Assembly (NCBI RefSeq): GCF_006345805.1
Contig: NC_043011.1
Location: forward strand, 41,614,464 to 41,678,463
Direction of reading: 5' to 3'
Source: Octopus sinensis
Lineage: Eukaryota
DNA length: 64,000 nucleotides
In this document: positions 39,871 through 52,400 of the stretch, piece by piece
Numbering within the stretch: position 1 is the first letter of the stretch
How the letters are laid out: each line of letters opens with the position of its first letter
Program-made: the position numbers and the translations under genes
Notes under the pieces: model-generated
Told to the model about the DNA's origin: nothing
What the model saw: the letters and a program-made list of their open reading frames with translations, nothing else
Database searches by the model: none

Positions 39871-40455
39871 ATATATCTGTATATGTGTGTGTATATATGT
39901 GTGTATACATATATAGATATATGTATATATGTGCATATATTCATGTGTACAGACATATATAGATATATGTATGTGTGTGTGTATGTATATATATATATGG
40001 TTTTGGTGCCATCTTTTCTAAATATGCTTCTCTTGGGAGTAGATATGGACTCTACATCCATATTGTGTTCTTCTCTCCATATTTGGTACATTCAACTCAC
40101 TATGCACTTTTACATGAGAAGTCTGCTGTTCCATGCATTTCTCTCTCTACCGTTCTTCCTTTACCATTCCATCTGGCATCACCCTTGCATTACAATTACC
40201 ATTCTCTCTGCTACTTCCTCTACCAATCCCTCTGCCATCTCTCTTCAACTCCTTCTTCCTACCCCCCCCCCGTCCCTGCCCCAATTATTCTCTGCTGCTG
40301 CTGCCGCTGCTGTGTTCCTCTTTAGCATTTATCATCTCCTCCTTGACAGCGATGAACATGTTCCAAGCTGACTACAAGAAAGTAAGCAATAAATAAAATA
40401 TATACGCTAAAATAGAGTTTTATGGTCTGTGGGATTTTTTGTTGCTTTTTAAAAG

Positions 40456-40499
<44 letters not shown>

Positions 40500-40782
40500 G
40501 TGTGTGTGTGCACTTGCATGGCTGTGTGATTAAGAAGCTTGCTTCTCAACTCTGTGATCTCTGGTTCAGTCCCATGTCATGTTGCTTTGGGTTAGTGTCT
40601 TTTACTGTAATTTGGGATGACCAAAGTCTTGCAAATGAAACTGTAAAACGTTTATTGTCTGTCTGTCTGTCTGTATGTATGTATGTATGTATGCACACAC
40701 ACACACATGTATCTGTTGATTCACCAGAAGCTTTAAATTACAGGACTCAATACAGATGTGAAGTGTTCTTTAAAACACTGTA

Positions 40783-41040
40783 ACTGAAAGGCTCCAATTT
40801 CCTAGACTCAGGGTTACTCATTTCCGATCATCAACTGGTAAACTGAGCCTAGTTTTCTTCTTGATATCTTCTGTCATTCACAAAGGCTTCCAACTGGGAT
40901 AAACGTTTCCTTCAAACTTTCTTTTCTTATTTCAAAAAGTATTTCAGACAGTGGATATTTCTAAAGAAAACCAGGCTCAGATTACCAGCTGATGATCGGA
41001 AATGAGCAATTCTGAGTACTGGAAACCAGAGCCTCTCAGT
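40783..41040. mobile_element. TA-flanked MITE with TIRs of about 75 bp
   Basis: ta|actgaaaggctc...actcatttccgatcatcaactggtaaactgagcctagttttct vs agaaaaccaggctcagattaccagctgatgatcggaaatgagc...gagcctctcagt|ta. Confidence 0.8.
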
Positions 41041-41614
41041 TATAATGTACTAATGTTATAATGTACATATGTGTATGTATATACACACACACACTCATAC
41101 TTATTTAAGTGCTGTTGACACCGCCAAATTGAATGGTACTGTCCAAGTGTTGAAACCATAATGATATCCGTGAAGCAGCCGATGATGGGGGTATGTTGGA
41201 TTGTTGGTATGGCTGTTTTTTGTATATGTGGAATAGTATTATAACACATCCTTTTGATACATACACACACGTGTGTGTGTGTGTGTGTGTGCAGGCATAT
41301 CTGTGTGGTAAGAAGCTTGTTCCCCAGCCATATGGTTCTGGGTTCAGTGCCACTGCATGGTACCTTGGGCAAGTGTCTTCTACTATAACCCTGGGCTCAA
41401 AGAAGCCTGTCGTGTGTGTGTGTGTGTATGTGTGTGTTTGTTCTTCCACCACTACTTGATGACCAGTGTTGGTGTGTTTTCATCTCTGAGACTTAGTTGT
41501 ACGTTAAAAGAGACCAATAAAATAAAAACCAAACTTAAGAACGTAAGTAGTGAGGTCGATTCTAATGACTAAAACAAGTAAAAGATACAAGATAAGCTAT
41601 ATATATATATATAC

Positions 41615-41695
<81 letters not shown>

Positions 41696-43074
41696 ATATA
41701 TATATATGGAGAGTTTACGAAAAAAACAAAAGATGAAGACAGGTGGTGTACAAAACAAACAGATGTATTAGTATAACGCTCAGGAATAGAAAAAGTCTTT
41801 TACATTTCGAGCCTACACTCTTCTTTCTCTCGCTCTCTCTCTCTCTCTCGCTCGCTCTCTCTCTTCTCTCTCTCTCTCTCTCTCTCTATCTATATATATA
41901 TATATATATTTATTTGTGTTTTCTTCTTTTGATATTCTGTGATATTTGTAAATGTGCATTGCTGTCATAAAAGCGTTTCTTCATTTCCAATTTTCTGTGA
42001 AAATCTGTCCTGCCATGGGGGCAGTATTGCCTTGCTTGGAATCAGCTGTCTTTCCCATGCAAACAGAGAAAAGTGGACATTCAAATGATGATGACAATCA
42101 GTCCTTGTATGTATATATTAGTCACACCTGCCTGCTTGTGACTGATGTAAAAGCTAGCATATGCTTATACATACATAATAATATCGTCGTCATCAGTTGT
42201 CTGCAGACGAAACTAAGACCTCTTTCACTCTCTGCCTCCAGATATCTTTGATTTCAGAATCAGAGTTCATAGTAGTATCCTCTCTGAGCATTTTAGGGAA
42301 AATCTTCATTCCTGGTCCTTTGTACTGTCTACATCATGATGGTGACCAAAATAAAAGTTTAGAAGCCAGTCGGGCACCAACTCTGAGGAAATTGCCAGCA
42401 ACGTGTAATCTTCTCTGCCAGAAATGATGTCTGACAGCCATAGCAGTTAATATAGCTTTCTATTGGTTACATGATCTCTCTGGTTAATGTTAAAAACTCT
42501 TCTAATTAGCACAGTATATAATTCATCAATTTTTCATTTCTAGCTTTCTTATTACAATCTGAGTTATGTAACAATACTTTCTGCCCATGCCTGAAAAGTC
42601 ATAAGTCTTAGTTTTCAATTTTCCGTCCATTTTAGACTTCCATATTATGTCTTATTTATTGTAGCCCATGCCAGCCCTTTCTTTATATTAAAATCATCTT
42701 TGCTTGCTCCATACTGGCCACACACACATATAAAGGCAAAAATGTATGTTCATATACGTATATATTTATGTGTGTCTGTCTAAATTAGGACTGGCTTTTG
42801 TAACTTTAGTTGATCTGTGTTCGAGATAAAGACTTCAAAAATCAAGGTAGATGCTTTAGACAATATAGGTTATACGTCTGGTCTTCCATACTGTATCGTT
42901 ACTCCACAACATTACTGAATGTTGTTATATAACAACATCGGAGAGTGCAGTGTTCTCTTCAGTTTTTCACATTATTTATTTATTTTGACATTATTATTAA
43001 TATACGTTCATACATTGAGGCATATTCATTTATATATGTATATGTGCCTATAGAGATGTATATCTTAACATATA

Positions 43075-43113
<39 letters not shown>

Positions 43114-44178
43114 CACACACACACACACATATAAACAGTTTGGCTCAGCTCCATATGACTTATTTAAAAATATAATGCAACTCTTACCAAATGCATTGAG
43201 TGCCACTTCTTTGATTTGTTCATTCACTCATTTATAATGTATAGGGTTAGTTGAAGGCATTTGGCGGCTATTTCTGATTCAGCAACCCTATAAAGGCCTC
43301 TGTGACAAGGGGAAGGGCACCCAGCTGTAAAAGCTGACACTTTGTTAGTTATAATGACAAGGGTTCCGGTTGGTTTGACCAACAGAACAGCCTGCTCAAT
43401 TGACGTGCAAGTGGCTGAGTACTCCACAAACACACATGCCCTTAACATAGTTCCCAGGGAGATTTAGTGTGACACAGAATGTGACAAGGCTGACCCCCTC
43501 TTAATTACTGGTACAGCTGATTTTTGCCAGCTGAATGGACTGCAGGAACATGAAATAAAGTTGTCTTGCTCAAGGGCACAACATGCTGCTGGGAATTGAA
43601 CTCACAACCTTATGACCACAAGCCAAATACCATAACCACTGAGCCATGCACCTCCACCCCAGCAGTAAAATCCATGCATTGACAAACAATAATGTATGTA
43701 AGAGGGGGGGGGGTTGTGTGTACTCGATGATGAATTGGTATAGCAAATGCTGTGGAGGATTGTGCAATGTTGCAAGACACCCATCCAACTCACTACAACA
43801 TAAGAAAACTGATGTAAAATGATAATGATAATGATGTAAGTATGCTATATTTCGTGTGCGTGCGTGTGTGTCTAAATATATATATATACATACATATATA
43901 TATATATATAGTTTATATGGTAAAGGATTAACTTTCAGTAAATCAGATATATTTCTCATCATTTTGTGCTTGAATGATCTAAATGAGGAGTTTAATCTGA
44001 TTAGATTAGTGTTTCATAGATTAGCTTAACAGAATATATATATATATATATATATGCATATATATGCACACACAAACAAAATAAAAAAACAATAACCTTG
44101 TAATTGAAGACTTTCCAAGTATGTTTATCATTTCTCTCATATCCATCATTACATACAAGATATACACTCACTCAAATC

Positions 44179-44250
<72 letters not shown>

Positions 44251-44409
44251 GCACTAAGAAGATAGACAATCCAAAAGATGTACATTGGTGTGGGCATGGC
44301 TGTGTGGTTAAGTAATGATCAGGTGGTTTTGAGTTCATTCCTATTGTGTGGTATTTTAGAAAGGTGTAAGCCTTGTGAGTACATTTTGGTAGCCAAAAAC
44401 TGAGAGAAA

Positions 44410-44835
44410 ATCTTTCTTAATCTTGGTGTATTTAAACGTATTTGTCTACAGCGAGAGATTTTCTCCATGACAAAATACAAAGAATGGCCGTCTTCTGGAT
44501 TCTGATATACCTCAAGCATATTTGAACTGGCAGCAAGTTTATATTTCTACACATCACTGCTTAATTCTTCAATTTTGTATTTTATTGTGACCAAGCCACC
44601 AATTATTGCAACCATTTGCAGTATGCTGATCGGAATATAAGAGAGATCCATATCAAGTCTGACCATAGTGCCTCTCCTTTCCAGTGTCTGATGCTGAAGA
44701 GGAGACAACCACTCTGAAATGCATACGTCTATCAGTCAGTCTGGGCTTGAACTACTTTGAATATAGCAAACGGCTTTCTTACGAGTTCAAATATACCTCA
44801 AGTATATTTGAACTGATAAGGAGTTTATATTTATT
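44410..44835 (+). mobile_element. Penelope-like / retrozyme-like tandem unit (period about 285 bp) containing a hammerhead ribozyme
   Basis: atatacctcaag.atatttgaactg...agtttatattt occurs at 44505 and 44791; the stem III-GTC remnant at 44434-44451 parallels 44717-44735. Confidence 0.6.
44688..44735 (+). ncRNA. Type I hammerhead ribozyme motif
   Basis: ctgatg | CTGAAGA | ggag-acaacca-ctct | GAAA | t-g-cata-c | GTC | tatcag. All core nucleotides are present and stems I, II and III pair; two positions (44715, 44720) are G-U wobbles where C is expected. Confidence 0.8.
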
Positions 44836-45439
44836 AATCATCATTTCAGCATCCACTTTTCCATGCTTGCCTGGGTTGGGTAAAGTTAATTGAGACAAAT
44901 TTCTTATGGGTGGATGCCCTTCCTATTGTCTACCCTCACCTGTTTCTAAATAAAGTAACATTTCCCCCAGGGTTAGACAAAAGTGTTTCATGGAAGATTG
45001 GAAACGAATGGCACCATTTTATATGATGGTTGCACCCATTTACAATTACCACATGATAGCAAGGCAAGGAGACTGTAACGCATAAGCGCACTATTTTTAT
45101 TATTATTTATTGAGACACTGTTAAATCTATTCTCTTATTTTTCCATCCTACCCCAGATAATAAATCAGGTTGAAAGCAGTTTTCTCCCTTTATTCTCCCT
45201 CCCCTTTATTTTTTAATTAATTAATTCATAAATACCGTTTTACTAATTGGTGTCTTCTTGATAAGTTCTCTTGATGAAAGAATACACTTTGGTTTTGTTA
45301 TGTTGGATGTTGTAACAAAGATCTCATTGTTGTGACTTTTGTTGTTGTTGTTGTTGTTGTTGAAGTACTTGACACCTTTTTGTCTATATTACTACAAACC
45401 ATTGAATATTTTTCTTCCTCCACTAGAGGGTAGTGGTGG

Positions 45440-45670
45440 GTTTGTAGGGAGGGTGCTGTTATTGGTGGTGATAGTTGCACTGGTGATGGTTTAGTGGTGT
45501 TTGTAGCATGGTAGTGGCTATGATTGTAAAGGGTGGTGGTGTTTTTGTAGTAGTGCTGCAATAGTAATAATAGTGGTGGTGGACATAGTAGAGTGGTGAT
45601 GATTGTAGTAGTAGTAGTAGTATTAGTATAGTGGTACTGGTGGTGATGTTTGGGTGGTAGTGGTTGTAAA
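45440..45670. repeat. Mixed (GTG)/(TAG) low-complexity tract
   Basis: Visible directly. Confidence 0.85.
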
Positions 45671-46404
45671 GGCAGGCAACATCTCTTCGTATTGTACTTT
45701 ATATATTGCCATGGAGGGATGATATAAAAGTGTTGTTGTTTTGCATCTCTATCTCTTCCCTTACACACACACATACACGACAGACATTTGATCATGTGAT
45801 CTAGTTTCTTTGCACATATGAGAACGACAGGGTGGCTATGGTTGGGAAGCCTTTCATTGCAAATTTGCAAGGTGAGGCTGACCCGGGGCTAAATAGCAAC
45901 ACATAGTCTCACAACCTACATACGCACACACTCACGATACAAAATACACAAACATGTACAATACACAACACACCACACACACATACACATACTTGCAAAC
46001 ACAATGCACATATACACACAATATGCTAAAACTGATAATTTTTAATCAATAGATAAGCAAGAATAAATAAATCAATCTATTTATTATTATTATTATTATT
46101 ATTTTCCCTGTTTTCATAAGAAAAAATAAGTAAATTAAAAAACAAAGAAATTAATATTGCTGAATACTCCATATAAAAATACAAAAAAACCACAATAAGA
46201 CAACTGTAGTCTATATAAGAAAACCCAAGCTGAATGGGGCCACAACAGTAATAACATTAGTGAAAGAACAACCCCCTATCACTCCTGGATATAGTCAGAG
46301 GAATATCTATATGCTTATAATACTGATAGTAAATATCTCCTGTGGGATTTATTTACTGAAACACGACATTGTAATAACAGCTCCTACACCCACGAAATAA
46401 CAAC

Positions 46405-46745
46405 TTGTCCAATTCCCACAGAATGTATCAATGTCTTACACTAGCTCCCACAAATATTTCAGGGTGTCCCACATTAGCATCCACAAAATGTGTCACAATA
46501 CCCCGCAGAAATTAGCATTAAAATCTCTGTACCACACTTACTCCCACGAAACCTATCAGGGTAACCCTGTACAAGTTCTCACAAATATACCTATGTCCTA
46601 CATTAGCTCCCACAGAATCCATCAGAATATTTTTTTCACAATCTCCCACATATATATCTGTATGTCCCACAATAATTTCCACAGAAATGTATCGGGATGT
46701 CCCACTCTAGCTCCCACAAAATATTATCAGAATATCCCAAGCTCA
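46405..46745. repeat. Degenerate minisatellite, about ten units of 30-36 bp (approximately tgtcccacattagctcccacagaaatgtatcaggg)
   Basis: agctcccaca / tgtcccaca motifs recur at near-regular spacing. Confidence 0.75.
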
Positions 46746-47446
46746 TAAGTTCTAATCTTACAAGTACAACAATTATGTTGTGACTTTGTGCTTAGTACAC
46801 ATTTCTCTCTCAGACAAACTGGTTCCTTTGTTAATTCACGGTTGAGTGGTTGACAACATCAAGGCAATCCAACTGGAAAAATAACAATTGAACAATTAAT
46901 CCAACAGAGATCTACTCCTCCCATCACCACAGCCGAGCACACGGGGAAAAATTTATAAATTAATTCCTCATTCTTTTCCATTTCATGTTCCTGTTTTAAT
47001 GAATTGGCACAGTTGTTAGAATGATGAATAAAATGCTGCTCAGTATTAGGTCCCCCTGTGCTCTGAGTTCAAATTCTGCTGCAGCCTAGTTGGGAGGTGA
47101 AATTAAACCAGCCATCACCTGGTTTAATTTCACCATGGGTGCCTTTAGTGAAGTCTCCTTCAGTTACAAGCCTTCAGGCAGATTTCTAATTTGAGGATAT
47201 TAATCCTCCATCCCTCCCACCTGTTCTGGAAGCTCTGCAAAGAGTCATGGGGCCTGCCTTTCCTCTTGACTATAAGATATATGTACGGCAGGTTTCTTTC
47301 AGTTTCCATCTACCAAATCCACTCACAAGGCTTTTATCAGTCCGAGGTTATAGTAGAAGACACTTGCCCAAGGTGCCACACAGTGGGACTGAACCTGGAA
47401 CCATGTCGTTGGGAAGCGAGCCTCTTACCACACAGCCATACCTGCA

Positions 47447-47496
<50 letters not shown>

Positions 47497-47760
47497 CATA
47501 AAATTAAATAAGGGTAGAAATTGATATTAATCAATTAAAACCAGTGGCCTAACATATTTTAAAAAATATGATTATGATGATTGTTATGTATGTTTGTTTA
47601 GGTTTGGTGATATAAAGAAGGAAATAGAACTCAAAATATGAGAATATATATTTTTATTATTATTAACCAGCAGAAATTACAGAAGGACTCAAGGGTCAAG
47701 AGTTTCATCCATTGGCACTTATCAAACTAGACATAATCATCATTATTTAACATCCATGTT

Positions 47761-48313
47761 CCATTTTGTTTAGGACAGGTATAATTACCAACACAGGAAC
47801 ATGTATCATACATCAAAATGAAGCTGGTCTTCTGTGGATCACATCCCTACTTCTCAACATAGTCACCGTTTCTCTCAATAGCAATGTTCCACCTTTCGAA
47901 TGAGAGCATGTATCCCTGCCCCGTAAAATTCTGTTGACTGTTCTTTGAGCCACTTCTTCACTACAGTTTTTCACTTCCTCATCACTGGAATAATGTTTGC
48001 CTCTCAAACCCTCTTTCATGACGACGAAGAGATGATAGTCTAAAGGTGCTAGATTATTCCAGTGACAAGGAAGTGAAAACTGTAGTAAAGAAGTTGCTCA
48101 AAGAACAGTCAACAGAATTTTACGGGGCAGGGATACATGCTCTCATTCAAAGGTGGAACATTGCTATTGAGAGAAATAGTGACTATTTTGAAAAGTAGGG
48201 ATGTGAACCAAAGACGACCAGTTTCATTTTGATGTATGATGCATGTTCCTGTGTTGGTAATTAATTATACCTGTCCAAAACAAAATGGCATTACTTTTTG
48301 GCTCACCCTCGTA
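47761..48313. mobile_element. Fold-back derivative of a mariner transposon 3' end: two inverted arms of about 235 bp and one intact TIR with TA
   Basis: The right arm encodes YSSDKEVKTVVKKLLKEQSTEFYGAGIHALIQRWNIAIERNSDYFEK*, a mariner transposase C-terminus. The left arm (47761-47994) is its reverse complement. The terminus reads ttactttttggctcaccctcg|ta. Confidence 0.92.
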
Positions 48314-49299
48314 TGTATGTGTATATATATAATTATCAAAAATATATTTATTGTTTATGTATTTTTTATATTTATTTACTATTATTTATCTATTTTTCCC
48401 CATCAACCAGAGAATATATATTTTTCAACATTTTATGACCTAAGATGGTTTATATCCTAAACGGTGGTGAGTGTATGTAGTTAATTATTTAACTAAAATT
48501 AAATAACAGACTAAACCAATTAATACATATCACTTTCTTGTTTGTTTGTTTTAATTTTTTTTTTGTTTAGCTTTAGTTTTGACTAATATCTGTTAATCTC
48601 TCATTCTTAACCCCCCACCCCCACCAGTAGTTTACAGATTGTTGCCCATGTTACTGGTGAACATGGTCTAGTGTTGAGTGTATTGGGCTTACAATTATAA
48701 GGTTGGGGGGTTCAATTTCCAGGCTAGACGGCACGTTGCGTATGCAAGCAAATTGCTTCATTTCATCTTGTTTCAGTCAACTTGGCTGTAAATGACCACC
48801 AGTCTTGTGCTGATGCAACTCTCTGTCTCTTGTCTGTCTCTCTCTCTCTCTTTCTCTATCTCTCTCTTTCTCTATCTCTCTCTTTCTCTATCTCTCTCTT
48901 TCTCTTTCTCTCTCTCTCTCTCTCTCCCTCTCTCTCCCTCTCTCTCTCTAGCTCTTGCATCTTTGATGTGCCACTGAGTCGAAGGTGGGTTGACTGAGAG
49001 GGTGTCTAAATCTGCTGATATGTGACGGAGATAAGCATACTGCTACATTAAATGAACTAAATGCCTTGCAGTATTTAGTTTTGTTTCTCTTTGGGAGCAG
49101 AAAAGGGGTCAGTAAGATTGACAGGGCAGAGAAGACCTAGTTGCTACATGTGTGGCGGTAGAGGTCACTTGACTTTCCATTGGAAACGAGAGGAAAATTG
49201 TAAGAAAAATAAGATAGAAGACAGTAACAGTAACAGTAGCAGGTCCCTCAAATGAAGACTATGGTTGCTACTACTGCTGCTGCTGCTGCTACTACAAGT

Positions 49300-49443
49300 G
49301 ATCCCAAGGTCAACTTTGTCATTCATCCTTTTGGGGTCGATAAAATAAGTATCTGCCAAATACAGAGGTCAATGTGATTGATTATCCCTTTCCCTCTGAA
49401 ACTACTGGCCATGTGCCAAAATTTGAAACTATTATCGTTATTA

Positions 49444-49477
<34 letters not shown>

Positions 49478-49870
49478 CGTTATTATTATTATTATTATTA
49501 TTAAGGTGGCAAGGTAGTAGGATCATTAGCATGCTGGATGAAATGCTTAGCAGTATTTTGCCCATCACTGTGTTCTGAGTTCAAATTCTGCTGAGGTCAA
49601 CTTTACCTTTCATCCTTTTGGGGTCAATTAAATAAGTACCAGTTATGCACTGGGGTCAATGTAATCGACTTAATCCCCTCCCATCCCCCCAAGTTTCAGG
49701 CCTTATGCCTCCAGTAGAAAGGATTATGATTATTATTATAAGAACTGTAGTAGTGTATGGTGGAATCAGTAGAGCAATGTATTTAGTTTATCTCCCTTTA
49801 TATTTTGAGTTCAAGTCCCACGATAGTTTTGTTTTGCTTTTGTCCTTTCAGGGGTTGATAAAATAAATAC
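49300..49870 (+). mobile_element. Array of three family A SINE units or fragments joined by (ATT)n
   Basis: Cores lie near 49315, 49600 and 49835. Confidence 0.82.
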
Positions 49871-50380
49871 CAAAGATAAACTGAACCAGTCAAATACACA
49901 TCCCATACCAGTCAGATAAACTGCCGCTGCTGCTGCATTTATCAGTGGCTAACTTTGAACTATTCATTACACTTATTTTACACGTAGGTGAACTGAGCCA
50001 GCAAGTGTTAAGCTTCTGAGCATGCTCCATTCAAAACACTCAACCAGCATCATCAATGTTGTTGACTCTGTGATGGAGCTTGTCTGACATTGCTTCAACT
50101 TGGCCATTTCCACTGCCAGCACTTCAAAGACAGTTAATTCTTCACATAGCACCTAATTAATCTAAGAATGAATCAGATAATTGTTCGTTGTTCTAATTGA
50201 CCATTTTACTGCTTGTAGCAAAGCTAGAACTTTTGACCTATAAATAAAGCACCATACTTTATCCTCGTCTCTTTGAATCTCTGTCTAGTTATCTAGCTGT
50301 CTTCCTTTATCTGGTTATCTGCTTGTCTATCTATGTATTTCTCCCTTTCCATCAATCTCTCTCTCTTTCTCTGTATATAT

Positions 50381-50599
50381 ACTCTTTTACTCTTTTACTT
50401 GTTTCAGTCATTTGACTGCGGCCATGCTGGAGCACCGCCTTTTAGTCGAGCAATTCGACCCCGGGACTTATTCTTTGTAAGCCCAGTACTTATTCTATTG
50501 GTCTCTTTTGCTGAACCGCTAAGTGACGGGGACGTAAATACACCAGCATCGGTTGTCAAGCAATGCTAGGGTGACAAACACAGACACACAAACACACAT

Positions 50600-50667
<68 letters not shown>

Positions 50668-50827
50668 GACAGGCTTCTTTCAGTTTCTGTCTACCAAATC
50701 CGGTCACAAGGCATTGGTTGGCCCGGGGCTATAGCAGAAGACACTTGCCCAAGATGCCACGCAGTGGGACTGAACCCGGAACCATGTGGTTGGTTAGCAA
50801 GCTACTTACCACACAGCCACTCCTGCG
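50381..50827 (-). mobile_element. Young full-length family B SINE
   Basis: Near-identical to the reverse complement of 62811-63226; CpGs intact. Confidence 0.92.
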
Positions 50828-51309
50828 CTTGTAATATATATATATATATATGTATATCCGTAATAATGAAGGGTGAAATTAATTAATTTGGAATAATTAT
50901 CAATTACACCAAGTAGTCTTCGGCATGTAAAAGCCTCATTCGAGGAAAATTTAAGTAATACAAAGCAATAAAGGGTTTGACTGCTATTTCTAAATTCGGT
51001 ATGTGGTAAGGCAATTCGTTGCTAAACCCTTTATTGCTTTATATATATGTATATATATACTGCTTAATAATCTCAGTAGAAGCAATGCAAGTGGAAACTA
51101 GAGGAGCATAATTAATAACCACACTCAAAATCAAATATATACATGTATTCCTCTACATTTATAAAACGGATATAAAATTTCCAAATATATAAATATAAAA
51201 ATACATGTAAATAGATAAATATCGATATGATACATAAAACACAGTGAATTTTAGATTTAAAAGTTTATTTGCGAGTATTGTTTAACACTAGCAATCTCCA
51301 AATAAAGCA

Positions 51310-51396
51310 GTGTATATTATATACATATATATACATATATATATAATGTATGTATATATATGTATGTATGTATGTATATATGTATGTATGTATGTA

Positions 51397-51429
<33 letters not shown>

Positions 51430-51484
51430 ATATGTATGTATGTATGTGTATGTATGTATATGTATGTATGTATATGTATGTATG

Positions 51485-51516
<32 letters not shown>

Positions 51517-51660
51517 TGTATGTATGTATGTATGTATGTATGTGTATGTATGTATGTATATGTATGTATGTATGTATATGTATGTATGTATGTATATGTA
51601 TGTATGTATGTATATGTATGTATGTATATATATGTATATATATGTATGTATATATGTGTG
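51310..51660. repeat. (TATG)n microsatellite
   Basis: Visible directly. Confidence 0.95.
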
Positions 51661-51664
51661 TGTA

Positions 51665-51800
51665 CGTACAAGGTGTCCATAAATTACCTTTAGAATTTCA
51701 AAAATTCAGGAAAAAATGTAAAATAAGGACAATTCTGCAGAGTTTATTGGAAAACATAGGCAAACAAATACAATTTTATTAGAAACATCAGAACACTTTC
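51665..51800 (+). mobile_element. Possible terminal fragment of a Tc1/mariner element
   Basis: Begins ta-caaggtgtccataaatt, which resembles Tc1/mariner TIR starts; no partner end was found. Confidence 0.35.
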
Positions 51801-52368
51801 ATATGGGCTCCATCAGTTGGAAATTGCTAATACACACACACACACGCAGCCGTTTCTTTCCTTGTATCTAATAGTCTCTTCTGTTAGACTCTTTGATGTT
51901 CTCATCTTCAATAGCAACAATTGCTTGGCTGCTGCTGCTGCTGCTCCCTGATGTTATTCCTCTTTTGTTTTTTTTTCTGCCCCAAACCTTGTGCATATGT
52001 CTGAGATAGCAGAGCTTTTGTTTGTTCTTCATTGACCATTCTTCCACCTCTGCTGCCTCTGGCCTTCTACAGAACTCCTTTCAATGGACAATTTTTATGT
52101 TCTGTAGATTAATTTTAATAACCAGAAAATATATAAACGAAGAGATGAATTAATAATCACGGTAATTGATTTACATGTATGTGTGTGTATTAGAAATATG
52201 TATATGCATACGCATATGCACACACACTCATACACACACACACTCACATACGCACAAGGACCCTTATGTATATAGTTATATACATCTGTATGCATGTGTG
52301 TATTTACAAGATCCTTGGACTTACCAAACATAAGCTTACATGTCTCAATATGTGTATGTACACACACA

Positions 52369-52400
<32 letters not shown>

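Noticed and set aside
42180-42220. tcatcag...gaaac resembling a hammerhead (also ctgatga at 13670 and 40989)
   Set aside because: The core elements are in the wrong order or strand, or stems I-III cannot form.
49960-50152. Minus-strand open frame of about 60 codons (VLCEELTVFEVLAVEMAKLK...)
   Set aside because: Weak splice sites and no recognised family.
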